Of a stretch of DNA of 64,000 nucleotides, positions 58,311 through 64,000 are shown piece after piece; the first letter of the stretch is position 1; every line of letters begins with the position of its first letter. The position numbers and the translations under genes are program-made. Source of the stretch: Bacteroidales bacterium (GTDB taxonomy: Bacteria; Bacteroidota; Bacteroidia; Bacteroidales; TTA-H9). A model generated the notes under the pieces. That model searched no databases, had not been told where the DNA came from, and saw only the letters and a list, made by a program, of their open reading frames with translations. The stretch is from contig JAQVCV010000002.1 in assembly GCA_028689615.1 (NCBI GenBank), forward strand, positions 20,092 through 84,091, read 5' to 3'.

Positions 58311-59864
58311 TTAGTATTTATGGGAGGCTCTTACGCCGAAGCGAAACAGCCCTTTTGATTTGCGTGTAACAATGTTGAGTTTGCTTATGGCTCCTTCCAC
58401 GGCGTCGGGGCCGTCTTTAGGCGCGCCGCTTCCTTTCTCGAAGGCCAGGTACTGATCTACAAGCTCTATCTGATCGGCTGAGTCTTTCTCGTCGATGTTG
58501 AAATAGACGTTGCGCCGCTCGAAGTATGGTTCGGTGGCTTCAATGCGTTCGTCCTTATCGGCCTTGGGTCGTTTGTCGGCGGTAACCGGGATGTAGTATC
58601 CCCGGTCGTCGCCTTCGGTATCGAAGTCGTTTACGAATTCATCCATGGCGAAGAGGCCTTCAATGTAGTAGCGGATTTTAGAAACCTCTTTTAGGTTTTT
58701 GTCCTGGTAGAGGTCGTAGAGCCATTTGGCCAGTTTAGCCCGGCTGGTTTGGCGCAGAAAGGAGTGAATGATATGGATTTCGCGGTCTTTTTTACCAACC
58801 AGGAACATGCCTTTGTGGCAGGCGTTATCCTTAAAACTCAAGTCGCCGTAGAAATTAAGGGCGTCGTACTCTTTATAAGGGAGCATTTTCTTCCACTGCA
58901 TATCCGATGCTTTGAAAATCTTGCCATCGGCCACGTGCTCGTGCATATACTCGCGCAGGAAAGAGCGGGTTGGTGTGTTGCGGTACTTCCGTCGCCAGTA
59001 GTCGGCACTGGTTTTCTCGGGCCATTCAGGCGTAAAGCTCACCAGGTCTTTTACAGCCTTTACTTTTAGTATATGGTGAACAATGCGTTGCCCCTCTTCC
59101 CTAGCCCGCTCTATCAACACGCTGAACTGTTTTTCGAGTCGGTTGGTGATCGAGTTTTTGTGAAAGTTGTTGTTGGTATATACAAACCGTTTCACGGCAT
59201 TGTCGGCTTCGTCGAAGCAGCCCCATATTTCTTCAGTAATATAATCAACCCCCTCTGTCATCAGAGAGTCATTTTTAACATGTTTTTTATTATCCACATC
59301 GTCCACGTTGATGTAGTCGGGCCGGTCGGCTCCTTCGCGGATGCCCCTCGGCGATTGGCCGAAGCCTAATGCCGTGAACCGGGCCCCGGTGCTGGTAACA
59401 AAGTCGCCGGTTGACCAGTCGCCGGCTTTGTAGCGTGGCCCATAATCGTTTTCAAGCCTTTTGTTGAACTCAAATTCACTTTGGATGCTCGACAGAAGCT
59501 TCTTGGCTTTTATTTCGGTTTCTCCCACCAGCAGCATGAACCGGAGCCTGTTGGTGAAGTAAAGGAATAAGGGAATGCCCATCCCGGCATGAACCGACTT
59601 AGCCGACGACCTGAAGCCCTCAAACTCCAAATAGCACTCCTGCTCCTGTAGCAAAAGGGCCGCCTTTTTGTGAAACCATGCGCACTTTGCTTTGGCGTAG
59701 TGGGGGAAATAATACTCGAACCAACTGTTATACTCGGCCTCCAGGCGCGCCTTCCGATCGTTGAGGGCTCTGGCCGTTTCGGCAATATTGACCGATGTGG
59801 CGTTGGCAACTTTGCGGCAGTGATCTTCATACTGCAGCAATAGTTTCTCCATCTGTTTATTCAT
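58311..59864 (-). CDS. phage terminase large subunit
   Basis: Degenerate terminase Walker A (EGFRSSAKS). C-terminal RNase-H-like nuclease acidic motif (KDGPDAVEGA). Length 517 aa. Preceded by an HTH small subunit, with an 8-nt overlap. Confidence 0.7.
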   Translation of the reverse strand: MNKQMEKLLLQYEDHCRKVANATSVNIAETARALNDRKARLEAEYNSWFEYYFPHYAKAKCAWFHKKAALLLQEQECYLEFEGFRSSAKSVHAGMGIPLFLYFTNRLRFMLLVGETEIKAKKLLSSIQSEFEFNKRLENDYGPRYKAGDWSTGDFVTSTGARFTALGFGQSPRGIREGADRPDYINVDDVDNKKHVKNDSLMTEGVDYITEEIWGCFDEADNAVKRFVYTNNNFHKNSITNRLEKQFSVLIERAREEGQRIVHHILKVKAVKDLVSFTPEWPEKTSADYWRRKYRNTPTRSFLREYMHEHVADGKIFKASDMQWKKMLPYKEYDALNFYGDLSFKDNACHKGMFLVGKKDREIHIIHSFLRQTSRAKLAKWLYDLYQDKNLKEVSKIRYYIEGLFAMDEFVNDFDTEGDDRGYYIPVTADKRPKADKDERIEATEPYFERRNVYFNIDEKDSADQIELVDQYLAFEKGSGAPKDGPDAVEGAISKLNIVTRKSKGLFRFGVRASHKY

Positions 59865-60285
59865 CGGCTTGGGCTAAATGGTGCAGGTAGCGTTTGTGCA
59901 TCTCAGTAAAGGGTACGGCCATCTGAGGCGCATTTTCAACCAACCAATTGTCGAATGCCTTAAACACCGACATTGTTACCGGAATGCTGGTCGATTGCCG
60001 CTCGAACGACAAGAACACCTTCTGAATTTTACTAAGTGCGTCAGCATCGATGTTCGACTTTTTCCCCTCGGCGATTGACTTGAGCTCGGTAAGCAGCAGT
60101 TCCCGTATTTTGCCAGGGGACGCCAGGTAGTCGTCGCGCTTCTTGTCCCATCCGTATTTTTTTCGCCACCCTGAGAGAGTGACTTCCGATATAGACAGTG
60201 TTTCGCTGATTCCAACGGCATTAAGCCCGCCTTCCACGAACAGCGTCTCGGCGTCGGCGTATAGTTTGTGTCGCGGTAGTTTCAT
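59857..60285 (-). CDS. phage terminase small subunit (HTH)
   Basis: 142 aa. HTH (GISETLSISEVTLSGWRKKYGW). Overlaps TerL start. Confidence 0.5.
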   Translation of the reverse strand: MKLPRHKLYADAETLFVEGGLNAVGISETLSISEVTLSGWRKKYGWDKKRDDYLASPGKIRELLLTELKSIAEGKKSNIDADALSKIQKVFLSFERQSTSIPVTMSVFKAFDNWLVENAPQMAVPFTEMHKRYLHHLAQADE

Positions 60286-60449
60286 GCTACTGTTAATTAA
60301 AATGACAAAGTTCAGTTACATTCGGCGTGTTTCGCTTCTTTTTTCTGTTGCTCGGTTGTTTTGTCCTATTATCGGACAAAGTCTTGCTTTGAGCATAAGC
60401 GCGCTATAAGTTTGCGCTTTCATTTGCAGTATGCACAAACAAAAATTAT

Positions 60450-61409
60450 TTGCCTATGCCTACCCCCTCATTTGTGTTTAATGACGAAACGGTAAAAAAC
60501 AGCCATGGATTCAGGTTGCTGAATTCCGGAGGCCGATTTGAGCGTTTCAACGACAACCCGGTGATGCTCGACACCCACGACCCGAAAAGCGTGATAGGGA
60601 AATGGGGCAACCTGAAAGTGGAAGGCAGCAAACTGATAGCAGAGCCCGTGTTTGACCTCGATGATGACCTGGGAAAGCGAATTGCCGGCAAAGTGGAGCG
60701 TGGCTTCCTGAAGGCCGTTTCGATGGGCATCTACATTGAGGAAGCGCAATATATGAGTCTGCCAAATGGCGATCTTGACCTTGTGGTTACAGCCTGGGAA
60801 CTGCTTGAAGGCAGTGTGCTGGGTGTACCAAGTAACCGCTCGGCATTGGCGTTTTACTCGCGCGAGGGAACACAGCTTAGTGCCGATCAGGTACTATCTA
60901 CAGTGCAACAGCTTGCTGCTCCCACTCACCCGAACCCTAATTTACCTTTTAATATGAACAAAATCGTTTTGAGTGCCGAGGCAGCTACTGTCCTCGGTGT
61001 TGCCATGGAGCACGATGACCCTAAGGCCATTAATGCTGGCATTATGGCACTTGGTGCCAGAGCCGAAAAGGCTGAAGCAGACCTCACCGCTTTTAAAAAA
61101 GAGCGCGCTACCACGATGGTCGATCTGGCTATTGCCGAAGGCCGTCTCGACGCAACGCGTAAGGAAAGTTTCATTTCACTTGCAACTGATGACTTTAAAC
61201 AAGCCAGCGACATTCTTGCCGCCATCCCGGCTAAGCAAAACCTTTCCGGAAACGTGAAACAAGGCGAACAGGGCTTAGCGGGCGACCGTGCCGGCTGGGA
61301 CTGGAAGCGTTACGAGAAAGAAGACCCCAAAGGGCTTGAGCAACTTCGGATGCGCAACCCCGAAGAGTACGACAGGCTTCGGTTTGCCTACAAAGGCCAG
61401 TATAGCTAA
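60450..61409 (+). CDS. HK97-family prohead serine protease fused to an Ala-rich coiled-coil scaffold-like C-terminal domain
   Basis: N-terminal region with the His context (LDTHDPKSVIGKW) and the Ser context (LLEGSVLGVPSNRSALA) resembling Peptidase S78/U35. C-terminal 150 aa is A/E/K-rich coiled coil. Confidence 0.6.
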   Translation: MPMPTPSFVFNDETVKNSHGFRLLNSGGRFERFNDNPVMLDTHDPKSVIGKWGNLKVEGSKLIAEPVFDLDDDLGKRIAGKVERGFLKAVSMGIYIEEAQYMSLPNGDLDLVVTAWELLEGSVLGVPSNRSALAFYSREGTQLSADQVLSTVQQLAAPTHPNPNLPFNMNKIVLSAEAATVLGVAMEHDDPKAINAGIMALGARAEKAEADLTAFKKERATTMVDLAIAEGRLDATRKESFISLATDDFKQASDILAAIPAKQNLSGNVKQGEQGLAGDRAGWDWKRYEKEDPKGLEQLRMRNPEEYDRLRFAYKGQYS

Positions 61410-61439
61410 TCATTTTTGTTAAACCAATTAAATACCGTT

Positions 61440-62450
61440 ATGAAACGTTTTTCGTTTAAAAATTTTCTGTTCAATGTGATGTTTGGCCTTTTGTTGGCCA
61501 TGTTTACCCCGTTGCCGGCTGCTGCTGCCATCGGTCTTACCCTTGCTGGTGGAACCACCATGTCGTTTATCCCTCAATCATCGGTACTAAGAGCCGGTGT
61601 GGCTAAGGAGATATGGACCGACCAGATCATGGAGGGGTTTTATCCCAAGGATGATTTCCTGGCATGGTCACGCGATATGTCGAGTTTGGTAGAATACAAC
61701 CAATTGAACCTTGCCGAGGCTGGTGCTGATCCGTTGTTGCTTATTGATAATACCGACTACCCTATTACTTCGGCTGTTCGTACCGACGTGCCCAAAACCA
61801 TTGCGTTGCGCACCCTTGACACCAACAGTACCATTGTTCGTAATCTGGAAGCTCTGGAAGCCTCATACGATAAAAGAGAGAGCGTTCTTCGTGGCCATAG
61901 AAATGTGTTGCGCAAAGGATCTGTTCAGCTTGCGGCACACTACTGGGCACCTCAATCAAACGGCACCTACACTCCGGTGCTTGCAACAACTGGCGCGGTA
62001 ATCAACAGCAGGAAGCGGCTACAGTTTGAAGACGTGCTTGAGCTTCGCAGTAAATTGCTCGCCCTTGATGCCGATCTCTCCTCGTTCGCCATGTGCTTAC
62101 ATCCATTGCATGAAGGCGATCTGATGGCGCAGGACATGAAACTCTATAAAGAAATGATGGCTAACGGGAAGCTTTGGGAGTTTACTTACTTTGTGAACAG
62201 CCAGGTGCCACGCTTCAATGCCAGCACAGGTGCTAAAGTGGCCTTTCAGGCAGCCGCAGCCGGAACCGATACTGTAGCAACCATATTCTGGTCGCGTGAC
62301 GAAGTGATGCGCGCAGATGGCACGGTTGAAATGTTCGCCAAATTTAAAGACCCTGATCAGAAAGGGGACGTGTTCAACTTTCAGAAGCGTTTCGTGGCTT
62401 TACCCTTCCGCAATAAGTTGCAGGGAGCAATCTACAGCCCTCAGTCATAA
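61440..62450 (+). CDS. putative major capsid protein
   Basis: ATG at 61440 (the track's start at 61416 is TTG). About 336 aa, directly downstream of the protease/scaffold gene. No diagnostic motif. Confidence 0.45.
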   Translation: MKRFSFKNFLFNVMFGLLLAMFTPLPAAAAIGLTLAGGTTMSFIPQSSVLRAGVAKEIWTDQIMEGFYPKDDFLAWSRDMSSLVEYNQLNLAEAGADPLLLIDNTDYPITSAVRTDVPKTIALRTLDTNSTIVRNLEALEASYDKRESVLRGHRNVLRKGSVQLAAHYWAPQSNGTYTPVLATTGAVINSRKRLQFEDVLELRSKLLALDADLSSFAMCLHPLHEGDLMAQDMKLYKEMMANGKLWEFTYFVNSQVPRFNASTGAKVAFQAAAAGTDTVATIFWSRDEVMRADGTVEMFAKFKDPDQKGDVFNFQKRFVALPFRNKLQGAIYSPQS

Positions 62451-62473
62451 AATAACCCCATTTACCCCGCGAG

Positions 62474-62944
62474 ATGACCACATTGCAATTGCTCGTGATA
62501 CACTGCACCGCCACGCCAGGCGGGCTCGAAGTGACGGCAGCCGACATCAGGCGCTGGCACCTGTCGCCCCCGCCGGCTGGCCGGGGTTGGCACCGGGTAG
62601 GTTACACCGACCTGGTACACCTCGATGGCAGGGTAGAGCGGCTTGTGCAAAACAACGAGGACTCACAGGTTGATCCGTGGGAGGTGACCAATGGAGCCAT
62701 GGGGTTTAATCAGATAGCAAGGCATATAGTTTACGCTGGTGGAATTGGTGTCGGGGGGAAGCCCTCCGACACCAGAACCCCGGCACAGAAAGATGCGTTG
62801 CGAAATTATGTGCTCTCGTTTCTTCAGGTACACCCACAGTGTAAAGTAGCCGGACACAACCAGCTCGCACCAAAAGCCTGCCCCTCGTTCGATGTGCCCC
62901 AGTGGCTCAGATCGATCGGAGTAAACCACCAAAACATCTACTAA
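62474..62944 (+). CDS. N-acetylmuramoyl-L-alanine amidase endolysin (Amidase_2/PGRP family)
   Basis: Zn-ligand contexts LLVIHCTATPGG (first His) and KVAGHNQLAPKACPSF (second His plus Cys) match the AmpD/T7-lysozyme amidase fold. Confidence 0.75.
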   Translation: MTTLQLLVIHCTATPGGLEVTAADIRRWHLSPPPAGRGWHRVGYTDLVHLDGRVERLVQNNEDSQVDPWEVTNGAMGFNQIARHIVYAGGIGVGGKPSDTRTPAQKDALRNYVLSFLQVHPQCKVAGHNQLAPKACPSFDVPQWLRSIGVNHQNIY

Positions 62945-63309
62945 TGCTCGAAATCATTAGCTTTATATTGAATGCACTGCTTAGCAGCGGGTTGGTTATA
63001 ACGCTGCTTAACCTGCGATCGGAGCGTAGGCGCGCCAGGACAGAAAACTACAAGTCGGAAATTGACCTGGTAACCACCTCGGTTGAGACCATGATTGAAG
63101 CACAGAAAAAGCTAATGGCGCACAACCAGGAGCTAATTGTTGCACTCACCGACTCAAGGCGTGAAAACGCCCAACTTGCAAGTAAAATTGATGAGTTGGA
63201 GAAGAAAATAAGCGACATGATTTGCACGAACAAAGAAATCGTGAAAATCCTTCGGAAAATGAAAATTGATGATGCCATTATCAGCCGACTCAATGATACT
63301 CAAAATTAA
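62944..63309 (+). CDS. i-spanin-like protein (N-terminal TM anchor plus periplasmic coiled coil)
   Basis: ATG at 62944 overlapping the amidase stop. TM (LEIISFILNALLSSGLVITLL) then a heptad-rich segment (ENAQLASKIDELEKKISDM). Confidence 0.4.
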   Translation: MLEIISFILNALLSSGLVITLLNLRSERRRARTENYKSEIDLVTTSVETMIEAQKKLMAHNQELIVALTDSRRENAQLASKIDELEKKISDMICTNKEIVKILRKMKIDDAIISRLNDTQN

Positions 63310-63820
63310 AACCCTCGTTATCGCTTTTGCTATCGTGGTTGCAGTAACGGGCTGCCGTCCCGTAAAGCACGTCACTACCGATCAACGACACGACAGCGTG
63401 GTGTATCTTGAGCGTACTGTTGTGAAAGATTCGTTAATCAGGGTGCCAGTACCTGCCGATTCGGCTTTAATAGAGGCCATCGTAGAGTGCGACTCTTTGA
63501 ACCAGGCACACATAGCCTACATTGTTTCGCTTACCGATGGCGCACGGGCGCAGATAAGCATGAAGTTAGACAACAACGTGCTCACGTTGGGTTGCCGTTG
63601 CGATTCGCTCACCATTTACTCGATCTACCACAGCCGTTATCAGCAGATCGCTGAGTCGGCTACCAATACCACCGTTATGGCATCGACCACCGAGGTGCGT
63701 CAATCACTGCTCGAAAACTGGGTGGTGATACTGGCCCTGGCATTTCTGTCAGTTGTATCCCTTTTTTTATCAATTAACTATCTATTAGACCATGTCAAAA
63801 GGAACCAAGAAAGAAATTGA
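63293..63820 (+). CDS. lipoprotein with C-terminal TM helix, embedded/overlapping the previous gene (o-spanin- or u-spanin-like)
   Basis: ATG at 63293 lies inside the 3' end of the coiled-coil gene in another frame. Lipobox AVTGC. C-terminal TM VVILALAFLSVVSLFLSI. Confidence 0.4.
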   Translation: MILKIKTLVIAFAIVVAVTGCRPVKHVTTDQRHDSVVYLERTVVKDSLIRVPVPADSALIEAIVECDSLNQAHIAYIVSLTDGARAQISMKLDNNVLTLGCRCDSLTIYSIYHSRYQQIAESATNTTVMASTTEVRQSLLENWVVILALAFLSVVSLFLSINYLLDHVKRNQERN

Positions 63821-64000
63821 GCCAGCCAACCAGCCGGCCATCAAGAAAGATCAAGCCGCTGCCGGCCCCGGAACAGTTCCAGGCGAAGGAGGCGGAAATC
63901 CGACTGAACCATCCGCTGAATTACCATTCAGGAAGAAGCGAGCCGCAGAAGTGTTCGCCACACACACGGTTGATGAATTGTATTTCACCACCGACGATCA
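63792..64000 (+). CDS. hypothetical phage protein (3' partial, runs off window)
   Basis: ATG at 63792. Gly/Pro-rich N-terminus. No motif. Confidence 0.3.
   Translation, partial: MSKGTKKEIEPANQPAIKKDQAAAGPGTVPGEGGGNPTEPSAELPFRKKRAAEVFATHTVDELYFTTDD

Larger units (their letters stand above)
43700..64000. mobile_element. Mu-like transposable prophage (left arm and part of the late region; continues beyond window end)
   Basis: Repressor-like and Ner-like divergent pair, DDE transposase and MuB-like ATPase, then TerS, TerL, portal, F, G-like, prohead protease, capsid, amidase and spanin-like genes. GC content in the 45.6-49.1 kb segment is visibly higher than in the flanking chromosome. The left junction lies somewhere between 43.63 and 43.75 kb and is not precisely defined. 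Confidence 0.7.

Noticed and set aside
1-64000. CRISPR arrays or rRNA genes
   Set aside because: No regularly spaced direct repeats of 25-40 bp with unique spacers were seen. The only tandem repeat is the 36-bp G-rich element. No rRNA-like conserved stretches.

Overview
This window looks like chromosome from a Bacteroidota member (T9SS C-terminal sorting domain, PorT/OmpA/TonB-type envelope proteins, a Bacteroidetes-style TAnnTTTG -7 promoter motif). From about 43.7 kb to the window end it carries a Mu-like transposable prophage.

Chromosomal part (1-43.7 kb):
- Envelope and outer-membrane genes: OmpA, TonB-dependent receptor, FadL, PorT-family barrels and several lipoproteins.
- A T9SS-sorted C10 (streptopain-like) cysteine peptidase.
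- Housekeeping genes: nadE, yifB/comM, arfB, a 54-aa rubredoxin missed by the ORF track, a flotillin/NfeD pair, rhomboid, a POT peptide transporter and a TlpA-like thioredoxin.
- A VapC-like PIN toxin/antitoxin pair.
- A tightly packed six-gene minus-strand operon (9.05-14.56 kb):
  - a secreted class-II cyclic-nucleotide phosphodiesterase
  - a periplasmic solute-binding protein
  - a Cache/HAMP/PP2C sensor phosphatase
  - an RsbW-like kinase
  - a STAS anti-sigma antagonist
  - a class-III nucleotidyl-cyclase-homology protein with non-canonical active-site residues
  No sigma factor is encoded. I rate this operon the most interesting candidate for an undescribed signalling system: partner switching wired to cyclic-nucleotide synthesis and degradation.

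Prophage part (43.7-64 kb), which appears to have disrupted a HAD-hydrolase gene:
- A Mu-like early arm: divergent repressor/Ner-like pair, a DDE transposase, a MuB-like AAA+ ATPase, a RecA-fold ATPase and several small genes, including a DnaJ-type zinc-finger mini-protein.
- An AT-rich moron carrying DUF4406 and MazG-like genes.
- A minus-strand head module in Mu order: TerS, TerL, portal, F, G-like.
- A divergently transcribed plus-strand module: HK97-type prohead protease/scaffold, putative major capsid, amidase endolysin, and overlapping spanin-like genes.

No rRNA, tRNA or CRISPR array could be recognised by eye.
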